Both the position numbers and the translations under genes were made by a program. 32,954 nt of DNA from Candidatus Iainarchaeum sp. Its GTDB lineage: Archaea; Iainarchaeota; Iainarchaeia; Iainarchaeales; GCA-2688035. This document shows, piece by piece, positions 7,907 to 15,926 of this stretch (position 1 is the first letter of the stretch; each line of letters begins with the position of its first letter). Under the pieces are notes generated by a model. That model saw only the letters and a list, made by a program, of their open reading frames with translations, was not told the DNA's origin and made no database searches. The stretch lies in the NCBI GenBank assembly GCA_017610175.1, contig JAFCCO010000014.1, positions 1-32,954 of the forward strand, in the 5' to 3' direction.

Positions 7907-8407
7907 ATGAATGCGAAAAGGTTTTTGGTTGCGGTTGTGCTGTGCTTTGTTGTCGGAGGCGCAAGCTTGGCTGTTGCTGAGATAATGATTCCAGATGCCA
8001 CGCCAAGACAAGACCGTGTAATTGAAATTGACGCAAACACCGTAACGCAGATTAAAAGCTGGTACGTTGACGAACTTGGAATGAGGATTGACAACCTTAA
8101 CGCAGAGTTTGGAGAGCTTGCCTGCGACAATTCTGACAACAACTTTGCAAAATGTGCGTTTTCGGTTGAAAGTCCTATTTTGCACACAAGCCTTGAGATA
8201 GACAAATACAAGTGTGTTGATTTGAATGTTGAAACGAACCAGTGTATTACGTATGGGGAAAAGGATTTGGCTGAAAAGATTAAAAGCCAAAACGAGGCAT
8301 ACGAGGCAAAGCTTGACGAAATCAAAGAGGCAACAGAAATGCGACTAACCGCTTTACAAACTGCAGCGGCTGGAGCGGCCACAGTAACGGCTACGGAAAA
8401 AAAATAA
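7907..8407 (+). CDS. Secreted/membrane-anchored hypothetical protein
   Basis: GAGGTGA RBS, signal peptide, Cys pairs, C-terminal coiled coil. Confidence 0.8.
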   Translation: MNAKRFLVAVVLCFVVGGASLAVAEIMIPDATPRQDRVIEIDANTVTQIKSWYVDELGMRIDNLNAEFGELACDNSDNNFAKCAFSVESPILHTSLEIDKYKCVDLNVETNQCITYGEKDLAEKIKSQNEAYEAKLDEIKEATEMRLTALQTAAAGAATVTATEKK

Positions 8408-8435
8408 AAAAAGTTATTCGAGGTGAATCAAAGAA

Positions 8436-8723
8436 ATGGACACGGTAATAAAAGTAGATGTAAAAAAGGCAACAGTAATTGTTTTGTTAATAGTTGGCGC
8501 TTTTTTTGCAGGAGCTTTGGCAACAGAGCGCCAGTTTGAATTAGCTGAACTGCTTCAGCCAAAACAAATAAGCTTGAACGAGGCAGACAGAAACATTTTG
8601 ATAGCGGTTGGACAAATTGCAGCCTTAACAGAATGTCAAAAGCTTGGATTTGAAACAAGTTTTATTGTGAGTGATTTGAATGGAATGCAGGTTGCAACAA
8701 CCGTTTGTGTGGAGGAAAACTAA
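8436..8723 (+). CDS. Single-TM hypothetical protein
   Basis: GAGGTGA RBS; N-terminal TM segment. Confidence 0.8.
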   Translation: MDTVIKVDVKKATVIVLLIVGAFFAGALATERQFELAELLQPKQISLNEADRNILIAVGQIAALTECQKLGFETSFIVSDLNGMQVATTVCVEEN

Positions 8724-9311
8724 ATGGATGAAGAGCAAGAGCAAGAAGAATACATTAAGCCATACGAACAGGATCATATTCCTGTAACAAGCGATCAACA
8801 GTTGGGCCAAGACATTTTGAGAACGAGTGCAAGAGTTTCAGATCCACCACTAATTAAAATGCAGAAGGTTAGGAGAAAAGTTCCGGTGTTCGGAGTGAAA
8901 ACAATTTTGTTAAAAGACGGTTCAACGAAAGATGTTGAGTTCATTGAAGCGTGGGAAATGCAAGAGTGGGATATTCCAATAAAGGTTCAGCCTGAATACC
9001 ACGAATTAATAACTGACGATATTGCAAGAGCCTTTCTTTCAAGAGAAGATTATTGGATTTACTTGGACATTGGAGAATATTGCCAAACGGTTAGATCTTT
9101 TGCAAAGCGTTACGATTTAGACTTGGCCCTGCATCATAACCATTGGGTTGACGGCTGCAATCAAATGGTTGTTGGATCGGGAGCGGTTGGAGGCCAAAGG
9201 GTAAAAATTGCAAAAGCAAACCTTTCGGAAACAACTTACAAAGCCGACACGTTCCAAATAATGCAGCAAAAGAAAGACAACACGAGAAAAAAAGTTTTGG
9301 GGATCTTTTAA
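8724..9311 (+). CDS. Hypothetical protein (morphogenesis cluster)
   Basis: ORF abuts both neighbours (TAAATG). Confidence 0.8.
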   Translation: MDEEQEQEEYIKPYEQDHIPVTSDQQLGQDILRTSARVSDPPLIKMQKVRRKVPVFGVKTILLKDGSTKDVEFIEAWEMQEWDIPIKVQPEYHELITDDIARAFLSREDYWIYLDIGEYCQTVRSFAKRYDLDLALHHNHWVDGCNQMVVGSGAVGGQRVKIAKANLSETTYKADTFQIMQQKKDNTRKKVLGIF

Positions 9312-9734
9312 ATGAAGTGGCTTAAAAAGGCTCGTGGAATGGGTGCTGGAACGTGGCTTCGAGAAAAGCAAAAGGCGGCAGCGTTCATAAAGCTTTCAGA
9401 AGGGCTTGGGGGAAAAATGATTGTTTCCCAAGTGATGAAGCGAAACTGGTACAGGCACATTGACAAAGCGCTTGCAGGCAACACAACAGCTCGTGACTTT
9501 AAACACTGGAAGAAAATGGTAAAGATGTTTAAGCGAGAGCTTGTTGGAACTCCAACAAGGGAAACAAGTTCGTTGCTTGAGTGGCTTGAAGGATTCAAAG
9601 AGCGAGTAAAGGTTGAAAAGATAACAAAGAGTGATTTAGCAAAGTGGCTTCCGCATTTTAAGGAATATATGCTTTCCTGCGAGGGCAACTATGCAAACAA
9701 CTACATAATTAAAAATGAGTTAATGGAGGGATGA
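9312..9734 (+). CDS. Basic hypothetical protein
   Basis: ORF track; tiles the operon. Confidence 0.75.
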   Translation: MKWLKKARGMGAGTWLREKQKAAAFIKLSEGLGGKMIVSQVMKRNWYRHIDKALAGNTTARDFKHWKKMVKMFKRELVGTPTRETSSLLEWLEGFKERVKVEKITKSDLAKWLPHFKEYMLSCEGNYANNYIIKNELMEG

Positions 9735-9735
9735 A

Positions 9736-10446
9736 ATGTTTGGGGTGAAGAAAAAAATTAAAGAAATGTTACCGCCAAAAGAAGAGGTTGGTATAAAGGG
9801 CGCTGAAGAAATAGGTGAAAGGGAAATAATGGGAAAGTATCTGTTGAGAGATATGCCCTTGTTTAAGTATGAAATTTTTGCATACTTTGGAACGTTTGCT
9901 GCATTCTTAATGGTTTCAGCAGTTGACAGGCTTGGAATTGTTCCGGGCTTGACTGGAAAGGTTTTTTTTCCACTTTTGCTTGTTCCGATAGTTGTGTGGT
10001 TTATTAAGTGGGCGAAGTATATGCCGAAGAAGAACCGCATTCCAGGAATGCGCATTTATAAAAGCGGGGTAGTGGAGTTAAAGGTTGAGGACTTGTCAAA
10101 GGGGTATGTTGTTTACGGCAAGGGAGAAAACGCTCAGCGAAAGTATATAACAAAACTAAATCGGCACGTTGAAGCAAGCACTGGAAGGCCGTTTCTTGTA
10201 ACAAGTGAACTGCGAGGGGAAAACATTTGTTTGGTTGAGGACTCTAAGCCAGATATGCGAAGTGAAGAGTTTAACGGAGTGCTTGAATTAAACACCGTTA
10301 TTGCAACAAAGAAGGCAATGGCAAGGTCGATAAATTTCACTAAGGAGGACTTGTTGTCACCGCAAATGATTTTGGCATTTTTGACAATGGGAATGGTGGC
10401 TTTCTTGCTTGTGAAAAACTTGGGCTTTTTGCCGGGAATGGCGTGA
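9736..10446 (+). CDS. Membrane protein (2 N-terminal + 1 C-terminal TM), putative assembly/egress factor
   Basis: Hydrophobicity pattern; lies upstream of the ATPase. Confidence 0.75.
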   Translation: MFGVKKKIKEMLPPKEEVGIKGAEEIGEREIMGKYLLRDMPLFKYEIFAYFGTFAAFLMVSAVDRLGIVPGLTGKVFFPLLLVPIVVWFIKWAKYMPKKNRIPGMRIYKSGVVELKVEDLSKGYVVYGKGENAQRKYITKLNRHVEASTGRPFLVTSELRGENICLVEDSKPDMRSEEFNGVLELNTVIATKKAMARSINFTKEDLLSPQMILAFLTMGMVAFLLVKNLGFLPGMA

Positions 10447-10450
10447 AAGC

Positions 10451-10726
10451 ATGGGAAAGAAAGGCGGTAGAAGAATAAGCATTCCACGCATTGAGGATAG
10501 GAGTAAACACAATACACGGTTTGCTATTTTGAATAATGAACTTAACGGAAGTCCAACAAAGGTTTTGGAAAAGTTTGTTGACACCGGGTTTAAGGGTGAC
10601 TGGTGGACTAAAGAGGGCTTGCGGGAAAGCAAAGCGTTCAGGCGATTAATCGAACTAACGTGGGGAAAAAGCTTTCTCAAAAACCTTGAAAGGATTCGTA
10701 GGGAACAGGAAAAGAAAGGGATTTGA
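10451..10726 (+). CDS. Basic hypothetical protein
   Basis: ORF track; tiles the operon. Confidence 0.7.
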   Translation: MGKKGGRRISIPRIEDRSKHNTRFAILNNELNGSPTKVLEKFVDTGFKGDWWTKEGLRESKAFRRLIELTWGKSFLKNLERIRREQEKKGI

Positions 10727-11161
10727 ATGGGGTACAAAGACAGCCGATCTGTGACATACGGTGACTTAGTGTTTAGGCATCTTGACAGGATGTCTGACTC
10801 GCTAAGTTCCGGAATGGATGTTGGAAAGCCAAACACAGCCTTGTTGACTTCTTACTATTTGCACATTCTTCACTTTCAAAGCATGTTAACAAAGTGTATC
10901 ACCGGAAGCAAACTGAAGAAAATAAGGACAATCAAAGCGCAGATTCCTGCGGTTGCAACAATGTATAATGGAAGCTTAAAGGACAGCATTGTTTTCTTAG
11001 AAGCCATAAGTGAATGGTTTGAAATCCTTTTAATTGTAGCAAGCGAGAGCAACGTTCTTTCAATGACTCCAAGAGCTTTTAACGATTACAACAATGATAC
11101 AATTGAGGAAATGAGTGCTTATGGTAACGAAGAAAGTGCCGACAGCTCTGCTAAATCATAA
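10727..11161 (+). CDS. Hypothetical protein
   Basis: ORF track; tiles the operon. Confidence 0.75.
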   Translation: MGYKDSRSVTYGDLVFRHLDRMSDSLSSGMDVGKPNTALLTSYYLHILHFQSMLTKCITGSKLKKIRTIKAQIPAVATMYNGSLKDSIVFLEAISEWFEILLIVASESNVLSMTPRAFNDYNNDTIEEMSAYGNEESADSSAKS

Positions 11162-12044
11162 AGACGCTTGGTTTTTTGTTCCAAATTGGAGGCGAATGCA
11201 CAACAAAAGACAGCAGTTTAACGCTGTTTTTGCGGGCCAGTGTGGAACGGGAAAGAGCTATGCAAGCCTTTCAACGGCTGAGTTGATGGACAGAGCGCCA
11301 AACGTTGAGGAAGAAACCCGTTTTTCGCTTGACAATGTTGCCTTTTCTTCGGGAGATTTTGCAAGGTTAACGAACAAAAAAACTCCAATTGGTGGCGCTA
11401 TTTTAATTGATGACGCTGCCTTTTCAGCGTACTCAAAGGATGCGATGACTCGTGAAGTAAAGCAGGTTGCGAAAATTTTCATTAGCCAGAGGCACAAGAG
11501 GCGGTGCATTCTTATTTCGCTTCCGGCTCTTGATATGCTTGCAAAGAACATCATGCAGACAATGCTTTACTATATTGAAATGAAGTCTATTGATTACCAC
11601 AAATCTATATCTTATGGAAAGCCTCATCAAATCATTTTGAACCCGAAGACTGGCAAGCTGTATTATAGATGGCTTACTCACTGGAGGAATGAGCGCCATC
11701 CTAAGTTTGGCTTCAGGAATTCGGTTGAGCTATACAGGCCTGATCTTTCGTTCTCTGTGCCTTCAAAGAACTTGCGTAGGGACTATGAAAAGTATCGTGC
11801 AGATGCTATGGCTTCTCATTATGAGGAAGCACAGCGCATTATTGAAAATAAGAAGGAAAAAAAGAGTACATTGGCTGACGCTTATAACGAAGTTAAGGCA
11901 AATGTAGAGCCTTTTTTGAATAAACGTAACCGTGTTGATGCTGGAAAGCTAATGTTGAAGGGTTTATCTGAGTATAAGGCTAAAAACATTGCTAAACTGC
12001 TTAATGATGAGAGGGATAGGGGGTTGAGTGAGATTATTGTATAA
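11115..12044 (+). CDS. P-loop ATPase, putative morphogenesis/packaging ATPase (Zot/B251-like)
   Basis: Walker A GQCGTGKS, Walker B ILIDDA, QRHKR motif. Confidence 0.85.
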   Translation: MLMVTKKVPTALLNHKDAWFFVPNWRRMHNKRQQFNAVFAGQCGTGKSYASLSTAELMDRAPNVEEETRFSLDNVAFSSGDFARLTNKKTPIGGAILIDDAAFSAYSKDAMTREVKQVAKIFISQRHKRRCILISLPALDMLAKNIMQTMLYYIEMKSIDYHKSISYGKPHQIILNPKTGKLYYRWLTHWRNERHPKFGFRNSVELYRPDLSFSVPSKNLRRDYEKYRADAMASHYEEAQRIIENKKEKKSTLADAYNEVKANVEPFLNKRNRVDAGKLMLKGLSEYKAKNIAKLLNDERDRGLSEIIV

Positions 12045-12170
12045 TATATAATATAATAAAGGGAAGCACAAACACCTCATTTTTACCGAAAAGCGAACAG
12101 TATGCGGTGTGGTTCGCCTTCTGGCGAAACAGCGAAAGGATTTTAAGAAGTTGTGTAAGAAATAATCATC

Positions 12171-12719
12171 ATGAACAAGTATAATTCATTTGGGCTATCC
12201 TATGCGGACTTTAAGGAACGAATAACATCCATAAAGGACACCAGGGATGCCGCTTTGTTCGCAACTATCTACTGCGGGTACGCAAGAGTCGGAGAAATCG
12301 TTAAAGGAAGGTACTCAAAGAACCCACCCGTTGAAAAAGAACAAATTAAACTAACTAAGCGACACTTATTTATTGACATTTTAACCGAGAAGACAGGCCA
12401 GTGGAGGCGTGTGCCTTCAAGCAGGCTTTACGATGGCTGGCTTCACGATCCAATTGTTGAGTGGATTGAACAATGTCAAACGGATGCGTTGTTTCCGTAC
12501 ACTACCCGGTGGGCACAGTACAGGTTTGCCAAGCACTTTGGTTCAAGCCACATTCATTTGCTTAGGCATTGGGCCTGCAATCATGCGCTTCAAGGCAAAC
12601 GAACCACTAAGCGCTTGCTTCCGCAGTATGTGGCACACTTAGGAGGCTGGACAAGCATCAACACGTTCTACCACACTTACGCTCACTTTACAATTGAGGA
12701 TTTTATTGACCAAATTTAA
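12171..12719 (+). CDS. Tyrosine recombinase, catalytic domain only (182 aa)
   Basis: YCGYARVGE (R), TEKT (K), HLLRH, LGGW and terminal TY catalytic residues. Confidence 0.88.
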   Translation: MNKYNSFGLSYADFKERITSIKDTRDAALFATIYCGYARVGEIVKGRYSKNPPVEKEQIKLTKRHLFIDILTEKTGQWRRVPSSRLYDGWLHDPIVEWIEQCQTDALFPYTTRWAQYRFAKHFGSSHIHLLRHWACNHALQGKRTTKRLLPQYVAHLGGWTSINTFYHTYAHFTIEDFIDQI

Positions 12720-12731
12720 GGGGGAGATTTT

Positions 12732-12896
12732 ATGGAAAGAAAAAGTTCTGATGAAGCAAAAGCAATGAGGTATTATAATAGGCTTATTTTTAGGATTATA
12801 AATTTGATAATAGCTTTATTCTTTTTGTTTGTTGTTTTATGTGGCGTGATTTTTTTTATTCCTATTGTTTGGAATATTGCAGTTAGTAACTTTTAA
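12732..12896 (+). CDS. Small membrane protein (54 aa)
   Basis: Manual translation; GGGGGAG RBS; long hydrophobic stretch. Confidence 0.65.
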   Translation: MERKSSDEAKAMRYYNRLIFRIINLIIALFFLFVVLCGVIFFIPIVWNIAVSNF

Positions 12897-12908
12897 GGGG
12901 GTGAAATT

Positions 12909-13046
12909 ATGGACTACAATATTGGATCAAAGCTTGACGATTTGATTGCTGGCGAGGTTGAAATAATTAAGCGCTTTGACAAATTAATTAAGCTTTCAGA
13001 AATGGACGTTGCTGTTGAAGACAAAAACGAGAAGGGGAAGGATTGA
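12909..13046 (+). CDS. Hypothetical protein (45 aa)
   Basis: Manual translation MDYNIGSKLDDL...; GGGGGTGA RBS; TTGA overlap with the next gene. Confidence 0.65.
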   Translation: MDYNIGSKLDDLIAGEVEIIKRFDKLIKLSEMDVAVEDKNEKGKD

Positions 13047-14143
13047 AGCTTTCCCCCTTCCTTATTTTTTTTGTGCTACTTTTTGTAGCCTTTGGCATAT
13101 ACTTTTTGCGGCCTGATTTTGTTGGAATGGACTCTTACGGACATTTACTTTTAACTTGTCAAAATAACAACGCAATGGGGGCTACTGGCATACCTTTTTT
13201 GCTGTTTGATGCCATTCCTTGTAATTTAATAGAACTCAAGATGCTTTTATTCTGCTGTGCTTTCGTTTCAGGGTGTTTCATAATCAAGATGGCTATGTTA
13301 TTCAGTAAAGAACACGGTTGGCGTGCGAGTTACCTGATTTTTTTGTCACCGGTTCTTGTTTTGGAGTTTTCAAAATTTGAAAATGATGCTTTTGCGTTTC
13401 CAATTCTGTTTGCTTCGCTGTACTTTTTCTTCAAGTCGCTTAAAGCAAACCCTGTGCTGAGAAAGGAAATGGTTTTGGCCCTTGCTCTTTTAATTCCGGC
13501 TGGGCTTTTGTGGAGTGGTTCTTGGTATTTTCTTGTTTCTTACTCGCTGAACTTTTTTTGGCTTGGATTAATTTCAGTTCCGGCCATTTTACTTTTTCGT
13601 AAATCTTTTGTTGGGGGAATTTTGCGAACTTCTCGCATTGCTGAAGATATGCCTTTTTTACTTCATGTTCATTGGGTTTTAATTCTTGGGTTTGCGGGGG
13701 TTATTCTTTCCCCCCTTTTGTTGCCACAGGCGGTGTTCTTTTTTGCAATGGGTTTGGCTTCTGCAAAGTTTTGGATACTTTCATTGCCTTTTTTAGTGTG
13801 CGGTGCGGTTTTGTTGCATGAACGTTTGAACAGCCCTTCCCTAAATACGATTGCGTTGGTTATTGCGCTGTTTGCAGTTGTTGGAACAGCTCAAAGCATT
13901 ATGCTTAACCCGCCAACTGAAAGCCACTGGCAAGCCCTTGAATTTGCTAACGAAATCTCTGACGGAAACTATGCAGCAGACTGGGGGTACGGCTACTGGC
14001 GGCTTTGGGCAGGCCACGACACAAACTCTTACGGAACGTTTTGGAAGCAAGAGGACTACAACGGAATGATTGCAGTTTCAGAACAGCCTCTTGGATGCCC
14101 ACAAATTAAACAATTTGGAAAAGTTGGTGTATGGCGTTGCTAA
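13043..14143 (+). CDS. Miniature STT3/AglB-like GT-C protein (putative oligosaccharyltransferase)
   Basis: GMDSYGH (~DPYYH), ENDAF (~DHD), ~11 TM segments, WQALEF, ADWGYGYW (~SWWDYGYW). Confidence 0.65.
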   Translation: MKLSPFLIFFVLLFVAFGIYFLRPDFVGMDSYGHLLLTCQNNNAMGATGIPFLLFDAIPCNLIELKMLLFCCAFVSGCFIIKMAMLFSKEHGWRASYLIFLSPVLVLEFSKFENDAFAFPILFASLYFFFKSLKANPVLRKEMVLALALLIPAGLLWSGSWYFLVSYSLNFFWLGLISVPAILLFRKSFVGGILRTSRIAEDMPFLLHVHWVLILGFAGVILSPLLLPQAVFFFAMGLASAKFWILSLPFLVCGAVLLHERLNSPSLNTIALVIALFAVVGTAQSIMLNPPTESHWQALEFANEISDGNYAADWGYGYWRLWAGHDTNSYGTFWKQEDYNGMIAVSEQPLGCPQIKQFGKVGVWRC

Positions 14144-14150
14144 GGAAGTG

Positions 14151-14187
14151 AAAAATAAAAAAAAACCCCGCTTTGTGGGCGGGGTTT
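14151..14187. terminator. Probable bidirectional terminator between convergent transcription units
   Basis: AAACCCCGC-TTTGTGG-GCGGGGTTT hairpin preceded by a long A-tract. Confidence 0.75.
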
Positions 14188-14370
14188 AGGAATTTGGCTT
14201 TATATGACTATACATAACTGTACAAATTGAATATATAAAGCTTAGACAATTTAATTTTTGGCAGGCACATAAGTAGAGAAGCCCAACTGAAAAGCGTGCC
14301 TGCCGTTGAAGTTTTTTTGCTTCAGGGTGAATCAAAGCAAAAAGTGCCTTTTTGTAGAATAAGCGTGTAG

Positions 14371-14496
14371 TTAAAGCCCTGACTTTTTTGCAAGCTTTAT
14401 GAACTGCTCAAAGCTCATCCCAATCCCGCCTTCCTGCATTTTTTTATCATACAGGCTACGCATCTTTTTCATATCTCCTTTGTAATACATAAACAT
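14371..14496 (-). CDS. Small protein (41 aa)
   Basis: Perfect GGAGGTGA RBS; MFMYYKGDMKKMRSLYDKK... Confidence 0.7.
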   Translation of the reverse strand: MFMYYKGDMKKMRSLYDKKMQEGGIGMSFEQFIKLAKKSGL

Positions 14497-14567
14497 TTCA
14501 CCTCCTTTTCAGTCAATGTATGCTCTGAATCCAGCATAAGTATAATAACGCCTTTTCTTTCGAGCCA

Positions 14568-14690
14568 TCACATGTACCCCCGTTGCCTTGCAATCTTTTT
14601 CCAATAGGTTTTCAAACCGTTTGGAGTCTTTGGATTGCGAATTATCTTTAAGATAATTGCCTTCGTCATCTTCGGTGCTTTACGAACCAT
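14568..14690 (-). CDS. Small basic protein (40 aa)
   Basis: Perfect GGAGGTGA RBS; MVRKAPKMTKAIILKIIRNPKTP... Confidence 0.7.
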   Translation of the reverse strand: MVRKAPKMTKAIILKIIRNPKTPNGLKTYWKKIARQRGYM

Positions 14691-14704
14691 TACACATCAC
14701 CTCC

Positions 14705-14947
14705 TTAAACAATTCTTTCATCCGATTCACGATATTGGTCATAAATGCTAACTGGCTTTTTCTTTAACCTTTGCTTTATGGCCGAATACAAAGAACCAAG
14801 CGGTTTTCGCTTAAAACCAAACAAAGGCTTTGCCTTTCTTCTGCGCCTTTTTACTTTCCTTCCACGCTTTTTTGGAAAAGCTGCCAAGCTACCTCGCCCT
14901 TTCGGGGAAGAATCCATTGACAAAAGCATTGCCCTTTTTTGCCTCAT
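14705..14947 (-). CDS. Highly basic protein, putative nucleoprotein
   Basis: KKRGRKVKRRRRK; in the structural operon. Confidence 0.7.
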   Translation of the reverse strand: MRQKRAMLLSMDSSPKGRGSLAAFPKKRGRKVKRRRRKAKPLFGFKRKPLGSLYSAIKQRLKKKPVSIYDQYRESDERIV

Positions 14948-15108
14948 TCAAACAACCTCCTTGCTCGCTTTAACATTTTAACAGCTTCAGGCTTTCCAGT
15001 TCGCTGCAAGTGAACCTCTTTAATATGCAACTGCCTTCCAGCCCGAACAAAGTTTTTATCTTTGTCAAAGTCTGAAGCCACTTTCCTTAAATAGTTTGCC
15101 AAATCCAT
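14944..15108 (-). CDS. Small basic protein (54 aa)
   Basis: MDLANYLRKV...; AGGTGA RBS; the upstream extension in the ORF track overlaps a real gene. Confidence 0.65.
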   Translation of the reverse strand: MDLANYLRKVASDFDKDKNFVRAGRQLHIKEVHLQRTGKPEAVKMLKRARRLFE

Positions 15109-15113
15109 TCCCG

Positions 15114-15467
15114 TCACCTGTTCTTTAACACTCTTGAAATTCCCATCACCATCAAAACCGCAACCGTCAAAATCACCATGTCCAACATAAAGTTGAAGTA
15201 CGGGCCAAGCATTACATCCATTGCCGCAATCATTAGAACAGTTATTCCCAAAGTCGCTCCCATTGGAACTCTCGACTGCCACATAAAAACCGAAAACACA
15301 AGCAGCAAAATTATTGAAAAGAAAAACTCGTTGGAGAACGATCCACGAACAATGCAACCGCCTATGGCGTTTAAGTCAGAGTTGTTAAAGTCGCATCCGT
15401 TCAAGTCCATTGCAAGAGCAGAACCTGCAAAAAGCAAAAACATAAACAAAGCAATCAATCGTTTCAC
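15114..15467 (-). CDS. Membrane protein, putative virion component
   Basis: Signal peptide plus 3 TM segments; DxN motifs in the ectodomain. Confidence 0.8.
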   Translation of the reverse strand: MKRLIALFMFLLFAGSALAMDLNGCDFNNSDLNAIGGCIVRGSFSNEFFFSIILLLVFSVFMWQSRVPMGATLGITVLMIAAMDVMLGPYFNFMLDMVILTVAVLMVMGISRVLKNR

Positions 15468-15470
15468 GTT

Positions 15471-15926
15471 CTACCCTCTCCCCACAAACGACCACACTAT
15501 GGATAACAGATCACCCAAAATGTAAACCATTGCAATTACCTGAATTGCCATAATTATTCCCTGAATCATTATTGCAATTTGTGAAAGTCCAATTGGAACA
15601 AGCATTGAGTTCAAAAAGTTTATCCACCCAGACCCAATTATAGGGATCATTCCCCAAATTTCAACCATTCCTCCAACCGTTCCAAGAATTCCTTGAGCCG
15701 GATCGTCCCTTCGTTGAACGTCAATACTTTCAGTGTTTGCATCTGTTCCGGAAATAGTTCCACTTAATGAAACAAGAGCGTTTGAATCCAAGTCAGTGCT
15801 GTTTGGAATTGCTGAAATTCGACTTGCAAACCAAGCATCAGTCATCATAAAATCATACAAACCAGACAGGGCAAACAACATTATGAACAGCATATAAAAT
15901 GTGTCCTTAAATAGTGTATCAGCCAT
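15471..15926 (-). CDS. Membrane protein, putative virion component
   Basis: N- and C-terminal TM segments; follows the adhesin, as in spindle-shaped viruses. Confidence 0.8.
   Translation of the reverse strand: MADTLFKDTFYMLFIMLFALSGLYDFMMTDAWFASRISAIPNSTDLDSNALVSLSGTISGTDANTESIDVQRRDDPAQGILGTVGGMVEIWGMIPIIGSGWINFLNSMLVPIGLSQIAIMIQGIIMAIQVIAMVYILGDLLSIVWSFVGRG

Noticed and set aside
12045-12170. tRNA gene or tRNA-derived attP next to the recombinase
   Set aside because: No cloverleaf or GTTCRA T-loop found by eye here or elsewhere
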